DNA of 64,000 bases from Candidatus Latescibacterota bacterium (GTDB lineage Bacteria > Latescibacterota > CBDCVA01). This document shows, in pieces, positions 51,557 through 60,967 of the stretch (position 1 is the stretch's first letter; the number at the start of each line of letters is the position of its first letter). Below the pieces are notes generated by a model. It was not told where the DNA came from. It saw only the letters and a list, made by a program, of their open reading frames with translations, and ran no database searches. Position numbers and translations under genes: made by a program. The stretch covers positions 738,422-802,421 of the forward strand of contig CBDCVA010000002.1 in NCBI GenBank assembly GCA_965222935.1, written 5' to 3'.

Positions 51557-51585
51557 AATATAGACCGAAAGGCGGCTAGAATCAA
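51557..51585 (-). promoter_or_regulatory. Sigma70-type promoter for the DUF4159/paralogue operon
   Basis: TTGATT-17 nt-TATATT on the minus strand, ~60 nt before ATG 51494. Confidence 0.6.
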
Positions 51586-51792
51586 GCCTTTTTTCGCTGA
51601 GCGGAGCGCAGGCGCGTCAGAACCGCGTGAACCGACGATGAGAACGGCACTTCCTCCAGGCTGATGAGCCGGACTTTCCGCTGCCAATCGGCGGCCAGAG
51701 CCTTCAAGGTCGAGCTGCGCCGAGGGCGTATGACAGAGCGAACGACTCCCCTGTGTGGGGCCATCTCCGGTGCCCGCCTCAATCCATAGACC

Positions 51793-52671
51793 CTAATATC
51801 TCTCCTCCGCCGATTCCTCGATCCGAACCGCGCCGTCTTCGTCTACGGCGAGAAAGGGGACTCGACCCCGGTGATTGGAGTAGGGGCCGTACATGACGGC
51901 GCGCTGCGCTTCAGTCATGCCTTTCACGACTTCTTCACCCCACCAGATGTCGGGAGAGGCCAAGCCCCGTGCGGGACCGGTGCGAACGGAACTCTCCGAC
52001 GCGTATTTGAAGAGGATGGACCGACGGGGCTCGTCGCTTCGCCAGGGATGTGTACCGTGCGTCTGAGCACCGTCCATAAAGAAGAGCACATCGCCGGCCT
52101 TCATCACCGGTTGTTCAACCACGCCCAAGTCGCCGTCGCACGTCCGCACACCGTGGGGCATGGGATACTTCGACTTGTGGCTTCCAGGTACGCACACAAA
52201 TCCGCCATCGTCTTCGTTCACGTCGCTTAGTTGCCAAGTGACCGTAACGCCGCCGCAGTAGGGGATGCCGTTCTGGTGGTGATGAGCCACCCAGGGCTTG
52301 TGGACTTCTCCGCTACCATGAAGTACAAAGCCTTCGGTGCCTTTCACACCACCGATCATCTGTGGCCCTGAGTCCAGCCGAAATCCCCTTCCGCACATCA
52401 CGTTCAGGCGCATGACAACCGCCGGATGCGCCAGCATATGGCGGAAGGGCTCGCAATACGGCTTCTCCGATTCCAGGAACCCATTCAGCGTGGGGCGTCC
52501 GGTACCCGGCAAGGATTGCGATTCCTTAGCCAGATTCTTTTCACTTATCTGAACCCGATCTTCGTAGTGATCGACCGCCTCGTTAGCGGCGGCAAGTTCG
52601 TCGGGCGTGAGCACGTTCCTGACGACCAGGTATCCGGTCAGGTCCCAGAAGTAGCGTTCTTGTTCATCCAT
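51793..52671 (-). CDS. PhyH-family dioxygenase-like protein (non-canonical HxD)
   Basis: ERYFWDLTGYLVVRNVLT, WQLSDV..DGGFVCVPGSHKS, AGDVLFF..THGT.PW...RRS; LHGS where HxD is expected. Confidence 0.85.
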   Translation of the reverse strand: MDEQERYFWDLTGYLVVRNVLTPDELAAANEAVDHYEDRVQISEKNLAKESQSLPGTGRPTLNGFLESEKPYCEPFRHMLAHPAVVMRLNVMCGRGFRLDSGPQMIGGVKGTEGFVLHGSGEVHKPWVAHHHQNGIPYCGGVTVTWQLSDVNEDDGGFVCVPGSHKSKYPMPHGVRTCDGDLGVVEQPVMKAGDVLFFMDGAQTHGTHPWRSDEPRRSILFKYASESSVRTGPARGLASPDIWWGEEVVKGMTEAQRAVMYGPYSNHRGRVPFLAVDEDGAVRIEESAEERY

Positions 52672-52830
52672 CCCTATCTCCCTCGCCCCGGTTCGGCGGC
52701 TTCTTCAGGTTTTAGGGCTTCACGCCCACAGGCCACGGGAGGTTCCCTTGGCCCGGGATGGCCTCACGCGGAGGCTCCGCGATTGCCCCGGCGATGAAAG
52801 GTGCATCAAGCCTCGGGGTTAGCGTCATCG

Positions 52831-54870
52831 TCAGTAGTACCGGGAATGCCCCGGGATGAGCCCTCCTTCGCCCGGAGACAAGATGAGGCTGGCGATGACG
52901 TAGAGCGCGTACCCTGCGAGGTGGCCAACCACCAGCCCGATGAAGAAGGGCTTGCCCCGCTCGTAAAGGGACTGACCCCCGATCCTGATGAGGACCACCT
53001 TGGCGAGCCACGCAAGAAAGAAGGCGCCGGAATTGCATTTATTCCCATCCACGACCGGGCAGGTGAGGCCGATCGGGTGAAGCGGCCACCAGGGGAAGCG
53101 GTAGCGCGCGAAGATCAGAAAGCCCGTCACGGCCGCGCCGATGCCCATGAACCCCAATCTCTGAGGGTCGGGGCCGTGCGGGTTTTTCATCTTCGCGGTG
53201 ATGTAATCGTAGCCGAAGCCGCCCTGATACACCCATCCCGCAAAGTTGTGAGCTCCAATCTGGTAAGCCGAATCGATGCGGTACCATAGCGCCACCGGAA
53301 AGGCGACCGCGAGGCCGAGGATCGTGGCGATGACAATGACCCGACCGTTCATCCTCAGCCAGTCCGCGAGCTTGGCGCCGTGCGCGGTGCCGGGCAGGAA
53401 GATGGTCCACAAATGCGTGATCCAACCGAAAGAGAACGCGATCCCCACCATGCTGGGCACCGACATGCCGGCCGATCCCAGCGTGTGCATCGTGAACGCC
53501 TGCGGTTCCAGCGTCGGCTTGACGTAGGGCAGACCGCTTTCGACGACGAGCCGCGTGGTCCCGAAGTAGGCCAGAACGGCTGCGGACAAAAAGACCAAGA
53601 TCACAAGAGCCGACATCCCCGTCCGGGCCATGAAAGCGGCCGTGTACACGAGGCCTGCGGCAAGACAGATGACGGCAAGGCGCGGCGACATCAGTTCACG
53701 TTCATCGCTCTGTGTTCGGAGCCCCCGCCAGGCGCGGCGGAAGACGTCGGCCAGGTGGTGGCGTGCGGCCCAGACGCCGTAAAGGATGAAGACGCTGAAA
53801 GCGCCGTACGACTGCCAGGCCAAAGAAGCGTAGCCCTGACCATACTCGGCGACCTCGGCGCCGCCGGTCGCATAGCCGGTGCGGGTGAACAGAGCTTGCT
53901 GGAAGCGGACCAGAAACTGGAAGAACCAGAAACTGAACAGGATTTCGGGATTGACGAAGTAGCACAGTCCAATCATCCAGGGCGTAGCGGCGAAGATGAT
54001 GGCGGGGAACGTCCTGCCGAGGTTGACCCACCCCCCGAACCGGATGAGGGGGAGTCCCGGCTTGAGAAACGTCACCGCGTTCCAAGCGAAGATGCCGAAG
54101 ATTAGGAAGAAGGCTACGAGGAAGGCCGGCTTCTTGGCGACGGCGGGCAGGAGCGCGCGCGAGGCGCTGTCCTCCATCAACGCCATGGGCGCATTCATCA
54201 AGGGAAAGAGCAGCCGCTCGTTCTCCACCCACTGCTTGCGAAACAGCGCCACCAGCGCGATGCCGATCAGGAAGAACGCCGCCAGCAAGCCCAACCACCA
54301 CAACAGCGGAGGGAGCCAGGCCATCCACGGGACGCTTTCGCCCCTAGGCAGACCCTGGAAAAACCAGGTGATGACCTTGCCCGTGTCGTCGGGCACCATC
54401 CAGCCCGGGATTTTGTCCAGAAAGAGATCGGCCCATTCATTCTCGGGCGAGGCGTAGTAGCGTGGCGCCGTCAGGGCGATGACCAGCCACATCACCACGC
54501 CCTGTGCGACCACCGCAACGAGCGCCATGACGAAGACGACGGTGATCTCCTGGGGCCGGAGCGCCCAGGCGCGGTTGGCGAGCTTGAAGGCTACGTTGAC
54601 GACGAAGACGAAGAAAAACAGTACGAGGGCCGGCAGCCAGGGGAAATAGCCCATACCCAGCCCCCCGACGCGGTGTCCGAGGAGGAGGAACGGGAAGAGG
54701 TAGGCGGTGGCGCCCGCCGACAGGATACCCAGAACCAACGCGCGCACCGTGAGACCGGAGGCGCCGAGACCTAGCCGACGCTGCGGCTGGACGGCTTCTT
54801 CGGTACGCGGGGCACTCTCTTCAAAGGCCACGACGGGGATCCTCCCGGCGGCACCGCCGTCAGGCGCCAC
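52831..54870 (-). CDS. Polytopic membrane protein, DUF6785/DUF6784 family (putative OPT-like peptide transporter)
   Basis: GLTVRALVLG, YYASPENEW, VPWMAWLPPL.WW, RKQWVENERLLFPL, RLVVESGLP, FPWWPLHPIG, RIGG..LYE..KPFFIGL..G; many TM helices. Confidence 0.75.
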   Translation of the reverse strand: MAPDGGAAGRIPVVAFEESAPRTEEAVQPQRRLGLGASGLTVRALVLGILSAGATAYLFPFLLLGHRVGGLGMGYFPWLPALVLFFFVFVVNVAFKLANRAWALRPQEITVVFVMALVAVVAQGVVMWLVIALTAPRYYASPENEWADLFLDKIPGWMVPDDTGKVITWFFQGLPRGESVPWMAWLPPLLWWLGLLAAFFLIGIALVALFRKQWVENERLLFPLMNAPMALMEDSASRALLPAVAKKPAFLVAFFLIFGIFAWNAVTFLKPGLPLIRFGGWVNLGRTFPAIIFAATPWMIGLCYFVNPEILFSFWFFQFLVRFQQALFTRTGYATGGAEVAEYGQGYASLAWQSYGAFSVFILYGVWAARHHLADVFRRAWRGLRTQSDERELMSPRLAVICLAAGLVYTAAFMARTGMSALVILVFLSAAVLAYFGTTRLVVESGLPYVKPTLEPQAFTMHTLGSAGMSVPSMVGIAFSFGWITHLWTIFLPGTAHGAKLADWLRMNGRVIVIATILGLAVAFPVALWYRIDSAYQIGAHNFAGWVYQGGFGYDYITAKMKNPHGPDPQRLGFMGIGAAVTGFLIFARYRFPWWPLHPIGLTCPVVDGNKCNSGAFFLAWLAKVVLIRIGGQSLYERGKPFFIGLVVGHLAGYALYVIASLILSPGEGGLIPGHSRYY

Positions 54871-54999
54871 GAGGGCTCTGGACGAGGGTCCTGCACATGT
54901 ACGTCCCTGCCCCGCGCTCTGTCAAGCGCGGTTGGTGCAGAAAACCCGAACTGCCCTGGATCTCCGGCCCGCTCATGGAGCGCGGCGGGCCGGAAATGA

Positions 55000-55036
55000 G
55001 AAGGCCGGAAACCTCAGAACGAGATCCCCGGCCTTC
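55000..55036 (-). terminator. Hairpin downstream of the 55059 gene (possible terminator or stabilising stem)
   Basis: GAAGGCCGG...CCGGCCTTC inverted repeat; U-tract weak. Confidence 0.35.
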
Positions 55037-55058
55037 GGAGACGCTGGGTCCGTGAGAC

Positions 55059-55985
55059 CTACTTGAAGAGCTGCTTGATCTGGCCCCAGCTCGACGTTTC
55101 GACGGCTGTCTCTTCATCAACGAACCGCGTCCAACTCCAGGCGTCCGGATAGCTCGTCGGCTCTCCCGAGTGAACCGTGAACGAGCCGTCACCCCTCGCG
55201 CCGTCCGCGTCCTTCAGACCGAACACGAAGCCCGGTTCTTTCCCCACGATGTTGCCGGGCGTATACGAGGGGTCAGCGCCGGAATGACGGATGCCCTCCC
55301 AGCCTATCCAGGCCTCACCTTGCCAACTCCCGCCCAAGGCCTCGGCATGGACGCCATCGTCGTGGATGATCGACCTTCCTTCGGCCCAGTCGTAGTCGTT
55401 GTGGTGCTGCATCGACACGCCGCCGAGCTTGTCGATGCTGCGCATCGTATCCCGGGGACCCATACCGTCGGTACTGCCCCCACCGGCGCGAAACTGGAAG
55501 CTTACGTAGCCCTCCTCCGTGTAGGAGCCAACGCCGCCTTTGGTGTCGACGCCCATACCATAGACATCCGAGTTGTTGTAGGACGGGCTGTCGGGGCCGA
55601 CGCTGTGATTGTCCCAGATGTTATCGGTCACCATGAAGGCGACGTAGATCCCCGTATCGTCCCACGCGGAGAAGTGCTCCCACGAGAAGTCGTCGCTGGT
55701 CCCGGCCTCCGCGCCCTCGTGCGGGCCCGTCGCTCCCGGAGGTGACGAGGCCACGTCAGGAGTGTACCAGGCCTGCTGTGTGATGCGGTCCCAGTCCCAT
55801 ACACCGTCGGTGTAAGCGAAGTCCACCCACTCGGACGGATCGCCGTCGATGGTCACCATCGTGCCGGCGGGCAGCTTGGGAGTCTCCCACCATTCATCCT
55901 CAAGCCGAGCGCTCGCCGTGTTGGCCGCGACGACGGAAGCGAGTACGACGACAGCTAGGGCTAAGAGCCATTTGCCGTTCCTCAT
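55059..55985 (-). CDS. Secreted CBM9/DOMON-like protein with C-terminal SWGxIK tag
   Basis: Signal MRNGKWLLALAVVVLASVVAANTASA; IDGDPSEW, SAWDDTGIYVAFMVTD, EAWIGW; ends TAVETSSWGQIKQLFK. Confidence 0.75.
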   Translation of the reverse strand: MRNGKWLLALAVVVLASVVAANTASARLEDEWWETPKLPAGTMVTIDGDPSEWVDFAYTDGVWDWDRITQQAWYTPDVASSPPGATGPHEGAEAGTSDDFSWEHFSAWDDTGIYVAFMVTDNIWDNHSVGPDSPSYNNSDVYGMGVDTKGGVGSYTEEGYVSFQFRAGGGSTDGMGPRDTMRSIDKLGGVSMQHHNDYDWAEGRSIIHDDGVHAEALGGSWQGEAWIGWEGIRHSGADPSYTPGNIVGKEPGFVFGLKDADGARGDGSFTVHSGEPTSYPDAWSWTRFVDEETAVETSSWGQIKQLFK

Positions 55986-56139
55986 GATCCACCTCTCCAT
56001 TGCTAAACTACGACGATGCAATGCTCCCTGACCGAGGGGTTCGGCGGTCCCTAGATAGGTTCGCCAATCCTTCCCTTGGCGACGCCGGGTCTCCGATCTG
56101 TCCCCTTCGCCTTAAGCAAAGGGTAGAGCCTCTAAGACT

Positions 56140-56167
56140 AATATAGTCTCTCTCTCGCACATGTCAA
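56140..56167 (-). promoter_or_regulatory. Sigma70-type promoter for the 55059-55985 gene
   Basis: TTGACA-16 nt-TATATT on the minus strand. Confidence 0.6.
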
Positions 56168-56302
56168 GAGCTATTTGACGCCTTCAACGCGGGCCCCAGC
56201 GCATCGCGAGGCGCTGCCTTGCATCAGCGCCATAGGACGGGGTTGGGGCGATCCGGAGGGCAAGCCAAGCGCTCGCCATGTTGATTGCAACGCCGCTCGT
56301 TG

Positions 56303-57388
56303 TCAGGAGGAGGGAGGGACGCTATGTGGGTCGTCGCCCCTGCGGTTGGCCAGAGAGCGGGGCGTCAGATCGAAGAGAGTCTGGTGGCCGCCAAAGAAGC
56401 GCTCCAGCTCGTCCACCATCAGCGTGAAGAGGCGTTGATGGCCGGCAGCGGTGACACCGGCAATGTGGGGGCTCAGGAAGACGTTGGGGAGGTGGATGGC
56501 CTCACACTCCGCTGGAATCGGTTCCGGATCGAAGACATCCAGCCCGGCGATGATGTCTCCACGCTTCAGCCGAGAAATCAGCGCACCTGAGTCGATGACG
56601 GCGCCCCTCGAGACGTTCACGAGCACGGCGCCCGAAGGAATGAGGTCTAGCTCACGTTGGCCAATCATCCCGCGGGTCATGGGTGTCAAGGGCGCGAGGC
56701 ATACGATCACGTCGGACTGCGACAGTACATGGTCGAGCGATGTCCCCAGAAAGCCGAGCGCATCCGCCATTTCCCTGGGGAGATAGGGGTCGTACACACG
56801 GATATCGACCTTGAACGGCCGCAGGAACTCGATTAACCGCTGGCCGATATGGCCGCAGCCGATCAAACCAACGCGCTTGCCCGTGAGTTCGCCATGTAGA
56901 TAGCCTGGATCATCCCGCGGGGGTTTGCTGCCGTCCCCAGCGATCATACGACGAAAATGGGCGCCGCCGTTACGCAACGAGATCAGGATCAACGCAAGTG
57001 CCCATTCAGCAACCGGGAAGGACGATCCATGGGTCGTATCCACAGTGCGGATACGTCGTTCCCAAGCTGCCTGGACATCGATACGGCTGGCAAAGCGATC
57101 TCCCTCTAAATCTCCAATAATACGCAGCTTAGGCGCCCGATCCATTATTTCGGCGCTGATCCGAGGCGCGCCGCGCAGGACGACGATGCCGTCGAAGTCG
57201 CCCACCCGATCGAGCAAGCGCGCTATGCTGGCTGGGTCTTCGTTCGCAGCAACGTCCGTCCCTCCCTCACAGACACACCTCTCCCAGTCGGCAAAGGTAT
57301 TAAGCCGTTCCAGGTCCGACGGCATCATATAGGCTTCGCCAATCTTTTCATTGTGGACCAGGAGCACCCTCGGGCGAGAAGTTGACAT
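56303..57388 (-). CDS. D-isomer-specific 2-hydroxyacid dehydrogenase
   Basis: GLIGCGHIG, YDPY, APLTPMTRGMI, LVNVSRG, LDVFDPEP, SPHIAG. Confidence 0.92.
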   Translation of the reverse strand: MSTSRPRVLLVHNEKIGEAYMMPSDLERLNTFADWERCVCEGGTDVAANEDPASIARLLDRVGDFDGIVVLRGAPRISAEIMDRAPKLRIIGDLEGDRFASRIDVQAAWERRIRTVDTTHGSSFPVAEWALALILISLRNGGAHFRRMIAGDGSKPPRDDPGYLHGELTGKRVGLIGCGHIGQRLIEFLRPFKVDIRVYDPYLPREMADALGFLGTSLDHVLSQSDVIVCLAPLTPMTRGMIGQRELDLIPSGAVLVNVSRGAVIDSGALISRLKRGDIIAGLDVFDPEPIPAECEAIHLPNVFLSPHIAGVTAAGHQRLFTLMVDELERFFGGHQTLFDLTPRSLANRRGDDPHSVPPSS

Positions 57389-57581
57389 GGGGCAGACCTC
57401 CGTTGCTCATCTCAGCCGACAACTCCCCCATCCAAGTGCGGGCGCCCAAAGAACGCTCCGCCATTGACGACGCTAACCCCATAGGTGCTCCTGAGCGCCG
57501 TCAATGTGGGTCCTCCAAGCGGCGTTCGGGTGCCAGTCGACCGCGTCTACGATGAAGCTTCAGTGACCACTGGCAGCAAGC

Positions 57582-59315
57582 TCATTTAAGGTCAACGCCG
57601 CCGTGCTCGCTCGACAAGCTGTCGAGGCGTGGGGACCTCAGCTCCTGCCGCAGCTCCTCCGCGAACAACTTCAGGGATGATGGGACGTGGTAAAAATCGG
57701 TCTTCACGGGAGAGGCCGCCAGGGGGTTATTCACGATGGTGCCCTTCAGGTCTCTGGCGGCGCATTCGGCGAGCACGGCATTGATCCTCTCCTCGGTCAG
57801 GGCGCCCAGCTTCATGTCCATATACATGTCCATGCCCATGCTCCAGAGGATCGCATCATCGATGTTCCCGCGAAGGAGACCCAGCACTTTCTCGTGAAGA
57901 GACCTCTCGATCTTGCCCTCAAGGCTCCGCCAGAGCGCCGTCGCTTCGGTAGCGAGCTTCACGGCCTCTTCCTTCTCCGACATCATTTCCGCCTTGAGTT
58001 CCCGCGTGATCGGCTGGGGCGTGAAAATCAAGCGGGTGCGCGGATTAGCGCGGATTTCCGTTTGCCGCTCGGCACTGTACATGCCCAGCGGCCAGGTCTG
58101 CCCCATCATGCCCTGATGTCGCGGGCTTTGGCGGCAGGGACCACAGAGCCGCGAGTCGAGATACGCCAGCGTCGGATAGCGGCTGTGAAGCTGCGTCCAC
58201 AGCCCCCCGAACTCGAACACCCCCTGGGCGGCGCGGCTCATCTTGTCCACGACCTCTACGACACTGGCGGCAGCCTCCGCTCCAAAGGATTCGCGGGCCC
58301 AGTCCAGTGCGATTCGGTTCGGATCGGCCAGAGGATCTCGGATGAATCGGGAGATGGCGTACCAGTTGATCATGTTGAGCGGATGGTCCCAATCGTCGTA
58401 ATGGACAATCGCCATGACCCACAGACCGGTCTGCCCGGTTCGCACCATGTCGCGCATCACAGCGCTCCACTCGCCCAGCATAGCCCACGGGAAGTCGTGC
58501 ACGCCCCGGTACTCCCCAGCCAGTTGAATGCTGGTCATGTAGGGCGACTCGCCCTTCTCGTCAGGGGCGATGGTGTCAAAGAGCGGATGGCGGGGATAGC
58601 CGGGGTGGTAATCCCAGTAGTACAGCTTCATCACGATGCGCGCATTCTCGGGGAGCTCCCCACTCATGCCGTCAAAGTACATGGCCTCCTCATACTGGCC
58701 TCCGGGATCGTCCTGGCACGTCTCCCAGAAGAGGACGCCACCGTGCTCGGCCAATAGACCCGCCACCAGTCGGATGGCGTCGCGAGCCCGCTCCCGCTCG
58801 GTGTGCCGCCCGCAGACTTCGCAATCGCACATCCAAGGCGTTCCGTTAATGAAAACGTACCCCGTGCCGTTCATACGGTAGCCGAGCAGATCAGGAATCC
58901 GCTGGAAATCGCCGGCGATGCGCTGTTTCCAGTATTCCCTCGTCTCCGGCTGGTAGGGGCAGAGCTTCCTCGAGTGCCTTTTCACCGCCCACAATTCGGG
59001 CTCTCTCTGCGCCGGCCAGGACTTTTTCCCCTCGAGCTCGTACCAGTCGCGACGGATGATCAAGCCTAGCCCCTTGCCTCTCAGGTACTTCGCGAAAGCC
59101 CTTACAGCCTCCGGATTGTCTTCGGGATTCATGTAGATCGAAATCGCGTTGTATCCCCACCGGATGCAATCTTCCACAAACTCTACCGTCTTGGTGCCGG
59201 GCACCGGATTCTGCATCTCTTTCCACGTCAGGAAACTCTTGGTGGAGCTGAACACATTGATGCCGTCCGGTGCGTTCCACGGCTCAATGACGCGCCATTT
59301 GAAATTCTCAAACAT
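57582..59315 (-). CDS. Hypothetical glycoside hydrolase, distantly GH67 (alpha-glucuronidase)-like
   Basis: WRVIEPWNAPDG, GYNAISI, LCPY.PETREYW, IPDLLG, LAEHGGVLFW, INWYAISRFIRDP..DP..IA.DWA...FG resemble GH67 segments; RBS GGGAGA. Confidence 0.5.
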   Translation of the reverse strand: MFENFKWRVIEPWNAPDGINVFSSTKSFLTWKEMQNPVPGTKTVEFVEDCIRWGYNAISIYMNPEDNPEAVRAFAKYLRGKGLGLIIRRDWYELEGKKSWPAQREPELWAVKRHSRKLCPYQPETREYWKQRIAGDFQRIPDLLGYRMNGTGYVFINGTPWMCDCEVCGRHTERERARDAIRLVAGLLAEHGGVLFWETCQDDPGGQYEEAMYFDGMSGELPENARIVMKLYYWDYHPGYPRHPLFDTIAPDEKGESPYMTSIQLAGEYRGVHDFPWAMLGEWSAVMRDMVRTGQTGLWVMAIVHYDDWDHPLNMINWYAISRFIRDPLADPNRIALDWARESFGAEAAASVVEVVDKMSRAAQGVFEFGGLWTQLHSRYPTLAYLDSRLCGPCRQSPRHQGMMGQTWPLGMYSAERQTEIRANPRTRLIFTPQPITRELKAEMMSEKEEAVKLATEATALWRSLEGKIERSLHEKVLGLLRGNIDDAILWSMGMDMYMDMKLGALTEERINAVLAECAARDLKGTIVNNPLAASPVKTDFYHVPSSLKLFAEELRQELRSPRLDSLSSEHGGVDLK

Positions 59316-59529
59316 GGCAGTGTCTCCCTTTTGTGATCGTTTGCTCGGGTGCGGGTCCCCGCACAGGTTCACCGACCTTCCCTCAGAGGTTCGCGCAGCA
59401 TACTATCGGACAAAAACCAAGTTGCTAAAAGAAGCAGCAGGAACGGAAGAGAAGCGGCTGGAATATGACGCTTGCTACGAGGGAGAGTGTGTGGCAGGGA
59501 GAACTCTACAGTGCGCGATCCCTCACGTC

Positions 59530-60954
59530 TCACCCGCGATCATACCCGCGCGCGCAGTCGCTGCGACACCGCTGCTCCGCCTCATCGGGCTCGTAGCCAA
59601 GCTCCCGGACCAGCGCCTCGTGCATCGCATCTACGCGCCCGGATTGTTCCGCTACCGCCGCCACATTGTGGAACTCCTTCGGGTCCACCTCCAGGTTGTA
59701 AAGCTCCCGCTCTGCGCCGCGCCGTCCGTCAGCAGGCGTGTGGTAGACGTACTTCCACGGCCCACGACGGTACATGACGAACCCCGAGGCGATGTTGTGC
59801 CCGTAATACTCGCTGAGGGCCTCATCCTTCCAGGGTGCTGCTTCGGCGTCGAGCCACCGAAGCATCGAGTCGCCGTCCCAGTCGGCGGGCGCATTGCCTC
59901 CTGCCAGAGCGATGATCGTCTGCACCAGGTCCACGAGCGAACAGGCGCCCGCGCGCCTCTGGCCGCCTTTCCAGCGCTCCGGCCACCTCACGATGAGGGG
60001 GATACGCGCTGCGTGCTCGTACATGCTGCACTTCCACCACAGGCCGTGGTCACCCTTGTTCTCTCCGTGATCCGACGTGTAGATGACAACGGTGTTCTCC
60101 GCGGCGGCGCTGCGCTCGACGGCATCCACGACCGCTCCCACCTGCCTGTCGTACCACGCCACCAGCGCCCAGTAGAGCTCCCGACCCCGTCGAACCAGTT
60201 CGGGCTCCGCCCCATCCAGCCCGAACCCGTACCGCAGTTGCCGGTAGTTGGTCGGCAGCGATTCCAGAAGGCCCTCGGGAACCTCCGGCATCGGCACGCG
60301 CCCACGGTACTTGTCGTAGAGCTCCTGGGGCGCGGTCAGGGGAAAGTGGGGCGCAAGATGGCCGATGAACAGGAAGAACGGCGGAAGTTCCTTCTGCCAG
60401 TTGGTGAGAAACTCGCAGGCGCGCGCGGTCACCATGCGGTCATGCAGCATGGTCTTCGAATCTTCCCCAGGATGGAAATCGGCCGAGCGGTTCTGCCAGT
60501 CCCGCAGGTTGGAGGTCCTATCGTCCGGATGGCGGCGCTTGGCGACGCCTAGCTTGTGCCTCCGGTTGGCGCGCAACTCCGGCAGGATGTCCGTAAAGCC
60601 GTACCGGCGCGTGCGGTCGTAGTGTTGCTTGCCACACAGGTAGGTCTCGTAGCCCGCGCTCTGCAGGACGCGGGCGATGGAGGGATAGTCGTCCGAAGGC
60701 AGCCAGGAGCTATTGGCCCATGCGCCGCAGCGGCTGATGTACTTGCCGGCGGTGAAGCTCAGCCTCGCGGGGGCGCAAAGGGGCGATGTCGTGTAGCACG
60801 CATCGAAGGTAATGCCCTCGCGTGCCAGCCGGTCCAGGTGGGGCGTCTCGATGATCGGGTCGCCATAGCACCCCGTGACCCCCGGATCGTGCTCATCGGA
60901 CATGATGAGGACGATGTTCGGCTGGCTGGCTGAGGCGCGTGCGGTCGTCCGCAT
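59530..60954 (-). CDS. Sulfatase (choline-sulfatase-like)
   Basis: PNIVLIMSDEH, SPLCAPARLS..AGK, GKQH, PHFP, YTSDHGE, WWKCSMYE. Confidence 0.92.
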   Translation of the reverse strand: MRTTARASASQPNIVLIMSDEHDPGVTGCYGDPIIETPHLDRLAREGITFDACYTTSPLCAPARLSFTAGKYISRCGAWANSSWLPSDDYPSIARVLQSAGYETYLCGKQHYDRTRRYGFTDILPELRANRRHKLGVAKRRHPDDRTSNLRDWQNRSADFHPGEDSKTMLHDRMVTARACEFLTNWQKELPPFFLFIGHLAPHFPLTAPQELYDKYRGRVPMPEVPEGLLESLPTNYRQLRYGFGLDGAEPELVRRGRELYWALVAWYDRQVGAVVDAVERSAAAENTVVIYTSDHGENKGDHGLWWKCSMYEHAARIPLIVRWPERWKGGQRRAGACSLVDLVQTIIALAGGNAPADWDGDSMLRWLDAEAAPWKDEALSEYYGHNIASGFVMYRRGPWKYVYHTPADGRRGAERELYNLEVDPKEFHNVAAVAEQSGRVDAMHEALVRELGYEPDEAEQRCRSDCARGYDRG

Positions 60955-60967
60955 TCTTTCATCCCTG

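Noticed and set aside
57462-57506. Inverted repeat CATTGACGACGCT...AGCGCCGTCAATG (similar stems near 30455-30515 and 63020-63043)
   Set aside because: No U-tract, no second copy and no recognisable RNA motif; probably ordinary mRNA stem-loops.
59149-60552. 467-aa plus-strand ORF (likewise 9490..10602, 44995..46218, 57687..58757, 32528..33397)
   Set aside because: Antisense shadows of well-supported genes, expected in GC-rich DNA; no motifs.
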